Virus record (IMG/VR): IMGVR_UViG_3300029705_000040
Coordinates: 38,209 to 102,208 of that record
Length of the DNA stretch: 64,000 bases
DNA from: a virus
Lineage: Duplodnaviria > Heunggongvirae > Uroviricota > Caudoviricetes
Reading direction: 5' to 3' (one strand)
The translations under genes were made by a program, and so were the position numbers. The notes below the pieces were generated by a model. It did no database searches. It was not told the DNA's origin and saw only the letters and a list, made by a program, of their open reading frames with translations. Below, piece after piece: positions 48,416-58,058 of the stretch (position 1 is its first letter; each line of letters begins with the position of its first letter).

Positions 48416-49174
48416 ATGGATTACGATTATTATTACGAAGATAGCAAAAGCGAAGCTGATGAAATAATTGAGGATGCTGTAGATAAACTTAGTAAGCTTA
48501 TCTATGATAAAGCTAAAGAAGAAATTACATATATACAGGACGCTTATGAAATTTCAAAAAAGAATTATAAAGAAGCTATGGATAAAATTGGCGAGCTAAC
48601 TAAAACGAATATTGCTAAAGATAAAGAGATCGAAAAACTTAAAGCGCAAATTAATTCTGGTGATAAAAAATCTTTAACTGAGCTTCCTATAGCTATCGGC
48701 GATAAAGTTTGGATTGTTGTTTATGATCATGATGATGAAATTACTTGCCCCGTTTGTGGCGGTACTAGATCTATTGAACGGCTCATTGAAGGTGTAAAAT
48801 ATAAAGCTGACTGCCCTAAATGTTCTTATTCTGTACCTAAAGATTCTAGAATGTCAGATAAATGTTGTTATAACTTTTATAAAGTTAAAGAATGTAAAGT
48901 AACAGAATTAGTTATAAACCTTACAAAAAATTCGAGAATAATCAGTTACTGGGCTGTTGATGCGGGTTGGAATGGTTCGACACATAAATATGATGAGGAT
49001 AAAGTCTTTAAGTTTAAAGAAGACGCGGAAGATTGTGCTGAAAAATTACATAGAATAAGCAGAGCTAAAGCTTATGAGGCTGTTGGAAGAGAACTTCCAG
49101 ATATTTTAAAACCTTATTTAGAAATAAAAGAGCATGGTAGCTCAGAAACTTGCTTACCTTATGCGGGAGATTAA
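48416..49174 (+). CDS. Hypothetical zinc-binding protein, 252 aa
   Basis: CPVCGG...CPKC. Confidence 0.55.
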   Translation: MDYDYYYEDSKSEADEIIEDAVDKLSKLIYDKAKEEITYIQDAYEISKKNYKEAMDKIGELTKTNIAKDKEIEKLKAQINSGDKKSLTELPIAIGDKVWIVVYDHDDEITCPVCGGTRSIERLIEGVKYKADCPKCSYSVPKDSRMSDKCCYNFYKVKECKVTELVINLTKNSRIISYWAVDAGWNGSTHKYDEDKVFKFKEDAEDCAEKLHRISRAKAYEAVGRELPDILKPYLEIKEHGSSETCLPYAGD

Positions 49175-49177
49175 ATA

Positions 49178-49375
49178 ATGATCGAATATAGAGAATTAGA
49201 ACGTGATGGTCATTGCAGTTTATGTGGTGATGCTATTAAGAAGAATGAAACAAAAACTACTATTGTGCATTTTTATCACAGAAGTAAAAATCCAAAAGTA
49301 AATATTTGTAGAGAGTGTGCATATAAAATTTTTTATGCACCTAGTTTAGTAGATGAGGAAGGTATTGTAGAATGA
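49178..49375 (+). CDS. Small zinc-ribbon protein
   Basis: CSLCG...CREC. Confidence 0.45.
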   Translation: MIEYRELERDGHCSLCGDAIKKNETKTTIVHFYHRSKNPKVNICRECAYKIFYAPSLVDEEGIVE

Positions 49376-49893
49376 AAAGTATAAGACGAGGCACATTTGA
49401 AACAAACAGTAGTTCGAGTCATTCCATTTCAATTGTTGACTCAGAGTTAGTAGAATCAGAATTAAATTTAGTTGACCCTTGGGAAATTGATTACTGTGAT
49501 GACCTTGATTACAACAAACAATATGTAATGATTGATTTTCATGAGTATTGTGGCTGGGATGATCACGAAAGTCAAGAAGATAGACTAGCCCTTTGTATAC
49601 AACAATTAGTAGCTGAATTAGATCTTGATTTCTGGTGTGTTAGCAATGAAAAGTGGTATGAAAATATCAAAAAGTTGTATGAGAGTGAGAAGTTTCAAGA
49701 AATTAGTGACGAAATTGCTGATTATGTTGGTAGTCATTGCGGTGGTGTAAGAATTCGAGAACTTTCTGAAGGATATATTGACCATGATAGTGATTACGGT
49801 AGTTATGATAATTTTATGAGCTGTAATGGTCTTGATTTAGTTTGCTTTGTGTTTGCTAAAGAAGCTTATGCTCATTTTGAGTTCAATGGTTAA
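49372..49893 (+). CDS. Paralog family member A (conserved N-terminus MKSIRRGTFETNSSSSHS)
   Basis: Shares its first 18 residues with 50376, 50623, 51187 and 51574; acidic, divergent C-terminus. Confidence 0.6.
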   Translation: MKSIRRGTFETNSSSSHSISIVDSELVESELNLVDPWEIDYCDDLDYNKQYVMIDFHEYCGWDDHESQEDRLALCIQQLVAELDLDFWCVSNEKWYENIKKLYESEKFQEISDEIADYVGSHCGGVRIRELSEGYIDHDSDYGSYDNFMSCNGLDLVCFVFAKEAYAHFEFNG

Positions 49894-49907
49894 TCAGAGG
49901 TAATGAA

Positions 49908-50111
49908 ATGGATTTATTTGTTGAAATAATTGAAAATGCAACTGAGCCATGGGAAGAAATTAAATGCGAAGAATGCGGAACGGTCATTCGATTTCATCCT
50001 CTCAAAGCGATGAAAAAATGTGAGTACATAGAAAATGGTTACTATCATATAAATGAATGCATTGATTGTCCGAAATGTTACCACACTGTTTTGAGATATC
50101 CGAAGAACTGA
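49908..50111 (+). CDS. Small zinc-ribbon protein
   Basis: CEECG...CPKC. Confidence 0.4.
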   Translation: MDLFVEIIENATEPWEEIKCEECGTVIRFHPLKAMKKCEYIENGYYHINECIDCPKCYHTVLRYPKN

Positions 50112-50128
50112 TGGAGTAAAAATAGATT

Positions 50129-50395
50129 ATGACGAAAATTAACAAAAAGAAACTAGCTTTTGAAATACTTTATATTATATTTAATAGCCTCACATTCTTT
50201 TTTATTGGCGGCGGTATCGGTAGTTTGATCATAACAGCTTGTACAGGTGATCCAATGACTACATATGCATATATATGCTGTTATGGAGCGTTTCCTGCTA
50301 CATGTTTTAGAGCCATTTTTCAACGGTTAGATAAGAATCAAGAACGGTACATAGAAGATAGGGAGGAAAATTTAAATGAAAACAGTAAGGAATAA
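50129..50395 (+). CDS. Small membrane protein
   Basis: Hydrophobic. Confidence 0.4.
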   Translation: MTKINKKKLAFEILYIIFNSLTFFFIGGGIGSLIITACTGDPMTTYAYICCYGAFPATCFRAIFQRLDKNQERYIEDREENLNENSKE

Positions 50396-50621
50396 TACAT
50401 TTGAAACTAACTCATCATCCACACATTCTTTCGCTATCAGAAGGGGAAGTGATAACTGGGAGGAACTACATAAAATATTTGATACTATCTTATATGGCGA
50501 CTCATTACATAATATTGATGGTGTTGATGATATTTATGACGAAGAAGGCTTGCTTAAATTACTTAAATTATTAAACGAAGCACAAACAATTCTTATAGAA
50601 GGAACGGAGGATTGGGATTAA
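50376..50621 (+). CDS. Paralog family member B (MKTVRNNTFETNSSSTHS)
   Basis: Conserved N-terminal motif. Confidence 0.55.
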   Translation: MKTVRNNTFETNSSSTHSFAIRRGSDNWEELHKIFDTILYGDSLHNIDGVDDIYDEEGLLKLLKLLNEAQTILIEGTEDWD

Positions 50622-50622
50622 A

Positions 50623-51141
50623 ATGATTACCATTAGAAAAAATACTTTTGAAACAAATAGCAGCAGCACTCATAGCATTGTGATTCCTAAGAATGTTGAT
50701 AATAAAAAAGATTTTACTAAATCTATACACTTTGGATTAGGTGAATTTGGTTGGAGTAGAGATGTTGCTGATCCAGCTGATTACTTATATACGGCTATTT
50801 GTGATGCTTATTTAGATAGTTATTATACTGCTGAACATCAAGAAAAAGGAAAAGTATACTTACAAAAAATAAAAGATATTCTCGAGAAAAATGGTATCAC
50901 ATATGAATTCGAAGAGGTAAAAAATGGGCCTTATAATTATTTTTATGTAGATCACTGCAGTGAGTTAGATACTTTTATAGAAAGGGTCTGTAATGATGAG
51001 GACCTTCTCTTGAGATATCTTAAGTATGGTACAGTTTATACTGGTAACGATAATGATGATTATGATGAAAGCTATCACTACTTCGATGCTTACCATGAAC
51101 TAGATCCAGAAAATTATGATTACTTCTATAAATCTAATTAA
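50623..51141 (+). CDS. Paralog family member C (MITIRKNTFETNSSSTHS)
   Basis: Conserved N-terminal motif; acidic Tyr-rich C-terminus. Confidence 0.6.
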   Translation: MITIRKNTFETNSSSTHSIVIPKNVDNKKDFTKSIHFGLGEFGWSRDVADPADYLYTAICDAYLDSYYTAEHQEKGKVYLQKIKDILEKNGITYEFEEVKNGPYNYFYVDHCSELDTFIERVCNDEDLLLRYLKYGTVYTGNDNDDYDESYHYFDAYHELDPENYDYFYKSN

Positions 51142-51186
51142 ATATTTCAAAAACCTCTGTATATAATTATATATGGAGGTTATTTT

Positions 51187-51558
51187 ATGTTTACTATTAG
51201 AAATAGTACATTTGAAACAAACTCAAGTTCAACGCACAGTATAGTAATTGGTACAGAAAAGCAGTTCGAAGATTGGCGAGCAGGTACGCTTTTATATAAA
51301 CATTACGCATGGTCATCTGATAAACTCGAAAAGGGTTTTTATACATTAGAAGAATTGAAGCAATATCTAATAGATGATGGCGAGTATACAAAAGTAGATA
51401 TCGAAGCTATGGATCAAGATGAGCTTTTAGATATTCTGAGAGAAGATGATATTGTTGACTATGATAACTGGTATGAGAATCTTGAGCATGATACTCATAC
51501 ATACACAACAGCTAGCGGTGAAAAGATTGTCATCGAATGTGCTTATGGTTACGATTGA
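51187..51558 (+). CDS. Paralog family member D (MFTIRNSTFETNSSSTHS)
   Basis: Conserved N-terminal motif. Confidence 0.55.
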   Translation: MFTIRNSTFETNSSSTHSIVIGTEKQFEDWRAGTLLYKHYAWSSDKLEKGFYTLEELKQYLIDDGEYTKVDIEAMDQDELLDILREDDIVDYDNWYENLEHDTHTYTTASGEKIVIECAYGYD

Positions 51559-51573
51559 TATGGAGGAATAACT

Positions 51574-51936
51574 ATGATAAGTATCAGAAGAAATACTTTT
51601 GAAACTAACTCTTCTTCTACTCATTCTTTATCTGTTGTTAACAAAGAAGATTGGGAAAAATTTAAAGCTGGCGAGCTTTATTTCGCATCAGATAATTATG
51701 ATTTAATCAGTAAGGAAGATGTCATTGAACTAGATGCTTTCGAAGATAGCTATCCAGAATTTAAAGATCAGCCAGAAGATGTTAAAAAATATTTAATTGA
51801 AAAATTTATAAAAGATAATTGCGACGGAGAATACGCACCTATATACTCTTACAGATATCTTGATCCACCTTTCAAAATTGTTTATGATAAAAATGGAAAT
51901 GAGATGGTAGCTTTTTCATTCTATTTTTATGGCTAA
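51574..51936 (+). CDS. Paralog family member E (MISIRRNTFETNSSSTHS)
   Basis: Conserved N-terminal motif. Confidence 0.55.
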   Translation: MISIRRNTFETNSSSTHSLSVVNKEDWEKFKAGELYFASDNYDLISKEDVIELDAFEDSYPEFKDQPEDVKKYLIEKFIKDNCDGEYAPIYSYRYLDPPFKIVYDKNGNEMVAFSFYFYG

Positions 51937-52046
51937 ATTAAAAGAACATAGACGCTTTAATATAGTATAATCAGCTCTAAATGCGCGCAAGAGTTTATTA
52001 TTCTGTATAATAAAGCAAATACAAAAATTTAAGGAGAATAAAAATC

Positions 52047-53344
52047 ATGGCAGGTAATAATTCTATACAACTTCTGCGTGGTAGTTCAACTGCTAGAAAA
52101 GCTAGCACTGAAAAATTGCTCTCCGGTCAACCTTTCTACGAAACAGATACAAATTTGTTTTATGTAGGGGGGGGGGCAACTTAAGCTCTGCTACACCTAT
52201 TAAGGTTAGCACTCTCACAATCTAGAGAAATGGTACAACTGTTGGTACCTTTAATGGTTAGACAGCTCAAACTATTAATATCTAGGATACTGATACTAAC
52301 ACAGACTTAAAAACAGCATCAGGAAATACTTCAAGCAAAATCTACTTAATTGGTGCTACTAGCCAATCTAGTTCTGGTCAAACAACATACTCTCATGATA
52401 CAGCATATGTTGGAACAGATGGTTGTTTATACAGTAATAGTAGTAAGGTTGCTGTAAGAACAGAAGTACCATATATTTTAAAAGATAACTCTTATTTAGT
52501 TATTTATAAAAACGATTCTTCTACATTAGAGTCAAATTGTATATATACAAATTATCCATCATACACAATAACTTTTAATGCGAATGGTGGCAGCTGTTCA
52601 ACAACATCGAGTAAGACATTTAGAGGAAAATTATCTAGCTTACCTACACCCACTATGAGTGGTGGTACATTCTTAGGTTGGGGCACGTCATCTTCTGCAA
52701 CTAGCTATGTAAGCTCTAGCAAAGTTTATAGCTCTAACACAACACTTTATGCTATTTGGAAAATTGATAGTACATCAAGTGGATCAGGTAACGATTATGA
52801 AGGTACTTATCAGTTAATAGATGATGAAAGTCCACAAAACGTGTTAGCTACTGATGATTATGTTATCATAGCCGGCACCACATCATCTGACAGTATGTTA
52901 TATTTTATGGGTAATGATTTTTCTGGTAATTATCCATATAACTATTCTTTAGATCCTTCTGACCAACTAACTTTAGATGGCTCTAGCAGTATAGCTATAT
53001 TTAAAGTTACTTATAACGATGGTTAGATAGCTTTACAACTTGCAAATGGTGAGTATTCAGGACAATATTTAGCAAATACTTCGAATAAATATTTAAAACT
53101 TCAATCAGATGAATGTTTTTGGGATATCTCAGAACATGGGTCTCCAGCGTACGGCGGTTTGCAAGTTGGTTCTAATAGAACCAAGCTCATATGTCAGGAC
53201 ACAGGCAACCTTATAGTAGTTCCTACTAGTATGCAAGCTAATAGCAACAACAGCTATAGTACAACATTCTCGTGTTATACTAATCCAAGTAGTAGTTATC
53301 TTGATACGACTCAAATATTCAGGCTGATCACAGATTCTAACTAA
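52047..53344 (+). CDS. Tail-fibre-like receptor-binding protein with Listeria-Bacteroides repeat domain. Reading frame interrupted twice near the 5' end and carrying 4 in-frame TAG codons
   Basis: N-terminus MAGNNSIQLLRGSSTARKASTEKLLSGQPFYETDTNLFYVGGG (typical tail-fibre N-terminal motif) in frame 0 up to the G9 tract 52167-52175. Body from 52184 to TAA 53342 lies in frame +2 (…KVSTLTI*RNGTTVGTFNG*TAQTINI*DTDTNT…ITFNANGGSCSTTSSKTFRGKLSSLPTPTMSGGTFLGWGTSSSATSYVSSSKVYSSNTTLYAIW…) with no ATG before 52655. TAG at 52223, 52259, 52283 and 53024. Removing one G from the G9 tract and one T from 52198-52201 would restore a single frame. Confidence 0.55.
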
Positions 53345-53360
53345 CCATAAGAAAATAAAA

Positions 53361-53397
53361 AAGATCTCAAGATTTATTTCTTGAGATCTTTTCTTTT
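53361..53397 (+). terminator. Rho-independent terminator
   Basis: AAGATCTCAAGA-tttattt-CTTGAGATCTT followed by TTCTTTT. Confidence 0.7.
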
Positions 53398-53399
53398 AG

Positions 53400-53428
53400 T
53401 TGATTTTATCCTCAAAATATTATATAAT
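53400..53428 (+). promoter_or_regulatory. sigma70-like promoter TTGATT-N17-TATAAT (copy 13)
   Basis: TTGATT 53400-53405, TATAAT 53423-53428. Confidence 0.55.
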
Positions 53429-53460
53429 ATAAATATAAAAGAAGAGGTAAAAAAAAAATT

Positions 53461-53718
53461 ATGTTGAAAATTGAACAAATCGAAAAAGACTTACTTTGGG
53501 TAATTAAACTTACAGATGGTACTAGAAAAGTTGGAACCTATGATACGGTTAAAGCTTTTTTAGATAGAAATGCTAATATGTTCGATGATATCGATCTGTG
53601 TTGTAAGCAACCTGAACATCTTCAAGAATTTGTTGATAACTGGCTTAAGCATGATTCTGATAATAAATGTTTTACTATTTTAGAAGAATACTATAAAATC
53701 TATCTTAAAAATAGTTGA
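53461..53718 (+). CDS. Hypothetical protein, 85 aa
   Basis: AGAGGT RBS. Confidence 0.5.
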   Translation: MLKIEQIEKDLLWVIKLTDGTRKVGTYDTVKAFLDRNANMFDDIDLCCKQPEHLQEFVDNWLKHDSDNKCFTILEEYYKIYLKNS

Positions 53719-53743
53719 CTTTTAACCCAAAATATACTATAAT
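53715..53743 (+). promoter_or_regulatory. sigma70-like promoter TTGACT-N17-TATAAT (copy 14)
   Basis: TTGACT 53715-53720, TATAAT 53738-53743. Confidence 0.55.
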
Positions 53744-53773
53744 TATAATATAAATAAGAGAGGTAATTTTATT

Positions 53774-54538
53774 ATGACTATGCAAGAACTTGAACTTAAA
53801 TATGAGCAAGCAAAAATAACTGAAAAAGAATTAGCTGAAAAAGCTTGCGAAGCTAGAATTGCTTTAAGTGATAAATTCCAGAAAACGTTAGAGCAATTCT
53901 TTGTAGAAGATGATTGCATTATCAGTTATTCTGACGTAAGAATAAGTTATCATGATGCAACTAAAGCAGAATTTGGTTGTGATATTGGCTTTAAAGACCC
54001 TGAAAATACTGATAGATTGGATTTTGGATCTAGCTTTTATTTTGAGTTCGAAGATAGTAAGATCAAAATAAATACTGGAAGTATTGGTGCTTATAAACTT
54101 TCTGATATATATCAACTTAAAAGAAACAATACTATATACCATCTTACTTGCGTTAATGGCGAAAAACTTGAAAAAGCTTTGTGTGATATTGATTGTAGCG
54201 AATATGTTGAAGCTACACATAAATTTTGGGAAGCTTCTACACAAACTAGAGATGCATATAAAGCTATTGAAAACGCTAGAGTAAAAAATATTTCTGAAAG
54301 TCTTAATGTGGGTAAGATTTATAAGCATTCTAACGATAGAAGTATGTCTTTCTACAAACCTTGCCTTTTTACCTTTCAAACAGACCTTATTAAGATTACA
54401 AAAATCACAAACAAATCTGTTGAGGTTGAAATTACTAATACTGACACTCAAAGATATCCTGGAATCAAGTATGAAAAAGTCAGAAAAAGTAGCTTAATTG
54501 ATGATATTTTAGCAGGAAAGTTGTTAGAGGTAGAATAA
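53774..54538 (+). CDS. Hypothetical protein, 254 aa
   Basis: AGAGGT RBS. Confidence 0.6.
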   Translation: MTMQELELKYEQAKITEKELAEKACEARIALSDKFQKTLEQFFVEDDCIISYSDVRISYHDATKAEFGCDIGFKDPENTDRLDFGSSFYFEFEDSKIKINTGSIGAYKLSDIYQLKRNNTIYHLTCVNGEKLEKALCDIDCSEYVEATHKFWEASTQTRDAYKAIENARVKNISESLNVGKIYKHSNDRSMSFYKPCLFTFQTDLIKITKITNKSVEVEITNTDTQRYPGIKYEKVRKSSLIDDILAGKLLEVE

Positions 54539-54720
54539 TGGAAAATACTAAATCATCTCTTATTGCAGCATTCTTTGAAAAGCAACCTATTGGTGATTGC
54601 ACTGATAATAAATTTGAGTTTGGAAATTTACATAGAAAAACTATCGAATGTTCATTTTGTATAAATAATAAATGTCATTATCGAGGTGACTGCGATCGGA
54701 GGAAATCATATGAAAAATAA
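54538..54720 (+). CDS. Small Cys-rich protein
   Basis: Coupled ORF. Confidence 0.4.
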   Translation: MENTKSSLIAAFFEKQPIGDCTDNKFEFGNLHRKTIECSFCINNKCHYRGDCDRRKSYEK

Positions 54721-55084
54721 AGAAGACTTTAATCAAGAAACCGCTGAGCGTGATCTTCTTGAAAAAGATATTTCAGAAAGTATCGAATATGATGACTGGC
54801 GAGCTAGAGAGTATGGTGAACTCGATGTTGATACGCACTGGACTGCTAAGCATCTCTATGATAAAGGTTGGCGAAATAAATGTTTAGAAACACCTAACAC
54901 GCCGAATACTTTTATTATTAAGGATACTGCTTATATTACATGCAAATGCTGCAATCACGCCATCAGAACTTATGATTTGAGCATATACATGCCTGATGCA
55001 GAAGTTATTAAACAATCTATCGAGGTAAATAAAGATAACATTTATCCTTATTATTGCGAAAATTGTGGTGTAAAATTAAAGTAA
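54710..55084 (+). CDS. Hypothetical zinc-ribbon protein
   Basis: GGAGG precedes ATG 54710; CKCCN...CENCG. Confidence 0.5.
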   Translation: MKNKEDFNQETAERDLLEKDISESIEYDDWRAREYGELDVDTHWTAKHLYDKGWRNKCLETPNTPNTFIIKDTAYITCKCCNHAIRTYDLSIYMPDAEVIKQSIEVNKDNIYPYYCENCGVKLK

Positions 55085-55099
55085 ATCTAGAGAAAAATT

Positions 55100-55417
55100 A
55101 TGGAAGCAAACTTAAAAAATAATTACTTCCCAAACTATGAGTGTGGTGAGTGTGTTCCACATCTTGCTTATTTGTATGATCACATAAGCAGAGATGACTT
55201 GATTAAAGATAACTGTATAAAATGTTTTTTATATAAAAAAGATATAAAAGTTTTAGATGAAAATCTGTATACATATAAGAATATATTTATAGAAAAAGTA
55301 GATTTAACTTCGCAAATAGTATCAGGTTATGGTTTCAAGGTAAAAAATAGAGAAACTATACACTTTAATATAACGAGCGCTTGCGATGAAATAGATGAGG
55401 AAATACAAAATGTTTAA
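55100..55417 (+). CDS. Hypothetical protein, 105 aa
   Basis: ORF. Confidence 0.5.
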   Translation: MEANLKNNYFPNYECGECVPHLAYLYDHISRDDLIKDNCIKCFLYKKDIKVLDENLYTYKNIFIEKVDLTSQIVSGYGFKVKNRETIHFNITSACDEIDEEIQNV

Positions 55418-55667
55418 TTTTTGGAGTCAATTAGAAGAAGCTTTAACCGACGCACTCAGAAATGGTATGGTTAATGAGGATAGTAATGCACTAATTACTT
55501 TCGCGAGCATTTCTATTCCTATCTGGGCAGCAAAATCGATTTTAGATGATCACAAAGATGAGGAAGAACATTTATCAGCACTTTTACAGCATATAGATAT
55601 GCTAGAAGATTACAACAGACTTCTCAGAAAAGAAAATGAGGAATTGAAAGCTGATGCGTTGGAATAA
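55410..55667 (+). CDS. Hypothetical protein, 85 aa
   Basis: GAGG precedes ATG 55410. Confidence 0.5.
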   Translation: MFNFWSQLEEALTDALRNGMVNEDSNALITFASISIPIWAAKSILDDHKDEEEHLSALLQHIDMLEDYNRLLRKENEELKADALE

Positions 55668-55818
55668 TGATCACCATGAAAAGATTTTAATGGCTAAACG
55701 CGAAAAGAAGCGTATAGAAAAGCTGTATAAAGAAAAATATCCGCAATATGATACATCAGTGCAGGATCTTGCGCAAGTAGATAAAAACTCTACAGTAACA
55801 AAATTTAAACAAATATGA
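55654..55818 (+). CDS. Small basic protein, 54 aa
   Basis: ORF. Confidence 0.4.
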   Translation: MRWNNDHHEKILMAKREKKRIEKLYKEKYPQYDTSVQDLAQVDKNSTVTKFKQI

Positions 55819-56051
55819 CAAATAGAGAATACTTAAACACAATAGATGTATGCGATGCTACTATAATTATCATACTTAAAAATACTGAGATTGAGAGTAA
55901 AATAAAACAAAGTATTATAGGAAGCAACGTAAGAAACAAATTGTGTGAAAAATATGGGGTAGATCCACATGATGGGGATCAATACTCAAAATTACAAAAA
56001 GCTATGTTAAAAGTGTGGTTAGCAGAGGAATGTATAAATGTTATTAAGTAA
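55815..56051 (+). CDS. Hypothetical protein, 78 aa
   Basis: ORF. Confidence 0.5.
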   Translation: MTNREYLNTIDVCDATIIIILKNTEIESKIKQSIIGSNVRNKLCEKYGVDPHDGDQYSKLQKAMLKVWLAEECINVIK

Positions 56052-56178
56052 AGAAAGTTTTGTTAAAACAATTAATTTCATGAAAGAAAGAAATGCTAAA
56101 ATGGAATAGTTAAATAAGCTTTTCACCGAAGAATTTGAAGATTCTATTTTCTTTCCTTATTTTAAGTACGAAGCTGAA

Positions 56179-56382
56179 ATGGGTAGAGTGTTGAAAGAAA
56201 TTTTCAATGATACAGAAGAATGGATAGATTATTTTTGCTATGAGCGCAATTTTGGTGCTGACTTGAAACTGGGTGATGTTAAATATGCAGATGGTACGCC
56301 TATACCAATGAGCACGCCTGAAGAGCTTTATGATTTTCTTATTATAAATATGAAAGAAAAATCAGAAGAAATTGCTGATTAA
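56179..56382 (+). CDS. Hypothetical protein, 67 aa
   Basis: ORF. Confidence 0.45.
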   Translation: MGRVLKEIFNDTEEWIDYFCYERNFGADLKLGDVKYADGTPIPMSTPEELYDFLIINMKEKSEEIAD

Positions 56383-56491
56383 CATATTTATCTAAATATT
56401 TATGTTTTACCTATAGAGGGTAATAAAATTATTACAAACAAACACTTAAACATTATATTTCATGTGTTTTGTCTTTCATACTTCTCTTCCG

Positions 56492-56523
56492 CCTCGAAAT
56501 CTTTTTGGTTTCGAGGTATTTTT
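56492..56523 (+). terminator. Rho-independent terminator
   Basis: CCTCGAAA-tctttttgg-TTTCGAGG followed by TATTTTT. Confidence 0.6.
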
Positions 56524-56525
56524 AG

Positions 56526-56554
56526 TTGATTTATTCCATAAAATATATTATAAT
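56526..56554 (+). promoter_or_regulatory. sigma70-like promoter TTGATT-N17-TATAAT (copy 15)
   Basis: TTGATT 56526-56531, TATAAT 56549-56554. Confidence 0.55.
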
Positions 56555-56585
56555 ATATATGTAAATAAAAGATAGAGGTGCTGTT

Positions 56586-57389
56586 ATGGCGAAAGTAGAA
56601 TTTATTGAAAAGCGAATCGAAGGTTGCAAGAAAAATCTTGAAAAAGCTGAAAAGAAACTTGCACGAATTCTTAAAGCAGAAGAAAGTAATTATGAGGAAA
56701 ACAATCCTTATTACTACTCAGACTATGATAAGCGGGTTACTTTGAGAGATATCGAAGATCTTAAAAAGAATCTTGAAAAATATGAGCAAGATTTAGCTAT
56801 TGCAACCGAAAAAGAAAATAGCAGAAATGTTCAGATTATTATTGACTTCTTGCAGAATTGGAAAGAAAAAGTATTTGCTGAGTATAAAAGAGATTTAACA
56901 GCAGCATATAATATGAGAGCAGAAGTAAGAAAACTTTATCCAGCTTATTATGTAAGCAAAGATAGCGCTGAGTATCATGAGTGGGAAGAGTTAAGTAAAG
57001 AATATAATGAAAGAATTAAGGGTAAATATTCTTACGAATTGCTCATGAATCCCTGGACTAAAAAAGAAGAAAAGCATAAAGTTAAAGTAGAAGATGGGAT
57101 TTGGGAATATCTTATAAACTATCTCAGTTATAATACCTTAGAAGATGCGCTTGAAAGATTGGATAAAGATTTAACTGATGAGAAGAACAGAAAATATGAT
57201 TTCATTATCGAGCGCACAAATAAGTTTGTAGGTGAAATAGAAGATGTTTCTGATTTGAGAGTTTCTTCTAATGGCGAACTTAATGGTTTCATTATTGGGA
57301 CTAGAGGAAAAGCAAAAGTTACTACTATCATTGCAAATGGTCCTATCAGAATTGCTCATTTCAGAGTTTTGGTTAAAGAGGTAAAATAA
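56586..57389 (+). CDS. Hypothetical protein, 267 aa
   Basis: AGAGGTG RBS. Confidence 0.6.
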   Translation: MAKVEFIEKRIEGCKKNLEKAEKKLARILKAEESNYEENNPYYYSDYDKRVTLRDIEDLKKNLEKYEQDLAIATEKENSRNVQIIIDFLQNWKEKVFAEYKRDLTAAYNMRAEVRKLYPAYYVSKDSAEYHEWEELSKEYNERIKGKYSYELLMNPWTKKEEKHKVKVEDGIWEYLINYLSYNTLEDALERLDKDLTDEKNRKYDFIIERTNKFVGEIEDVSDLRVSSNGELNGFIIGTRGKAKVTTIIANGPIRIAHFRVLVKEVK

Positions 57390-57390
57390 C

Positions 57391-57780
57391 ATGTTGAAAA
57401 CTAGAAATTATGTCAGAGGTAAACAAATTCTCACAGTATCAGATCTCAAAAATGCAACTAATGGATTGTTTGTTAAAGATAAAACGATGACGGAATTTGG
57501 CTGTATCGATAATCCAGTAAATAGAGAATTTTCATATTTAGGCGATGATAAGGCTATTGAAAAATGGTTAAATAGCGCTTTAAAGACTCATGACTTATAT
57601 GAGAGAATAATTGAAAATAGAGAAGTCGTATTTTCTGATAAGATTGATAATATGCTCGATGATATGTTAGCATCATTTGCGTATGAATACTCTGATACGG
57701 AATATCATAATGAAGAAATTATGGAAAAATTTCTTCGTGAACTTAAAGAAAAATTTAAAATTGAGGTGAGAGATGAGTAA
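57391..57780 (+). CDS. Hypothetical protein, 129 aa
   Basis: Coupled ORF. Confidence 0.55.
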   Translation: MLKTRNYVRGKQILTVSDLKNATNGLFVKDKTMTEFGCIDNPVNREFSYLGDDKAIEKWLNSALKTHDLYERIIENREVVFSDKIDNMLDDMLASFAYEYSDTEYHNEEIMEKFLRELKEKFKIEVRDE

Positions 57781-57976
57781 TGAAAATTTTTTCCTTATGC
57801 TGGTAGAAAAAGAAATGATTGAGTTATGCAATAACAAGCCTAAAATTGAAAATTCACTTAGAATTTATACTTTCTCATATCACAATGCATATGATGTGGC
57901 TATATATGGTACAGTTAAATTTAACCAAATCGGTGGTTTTATAGAATTTATTGAGGAGGGACGATCTGATGATTAA
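57773..57976 (+). CDS. Hypothetical protein, 67 aa
   Basis: ORF. Confidence 0.45.
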   Translation: MSNENFFLMLVEKEMIELCNNKPKIENSLRIYTFSYHNAYDVAIYGTVKFNQIGGFIEFIEEGRSDD

Positions 57977-58058
57977 ATACATACTATTAGGACTTATATG
58001 CTCTAGCTTCGGCTTTTTTATGGGTAGATGGTCTAAAAATTAAAAGAGGTGATAAAAT

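Noticed and set aside
56037-56165. Possible 42-codon gene read through TAG 56106
   Set aside because: Too short, with no RBS or motif support; could equally be a 23-aa peptide ending at TAG. Not counted as evidence for recoding.
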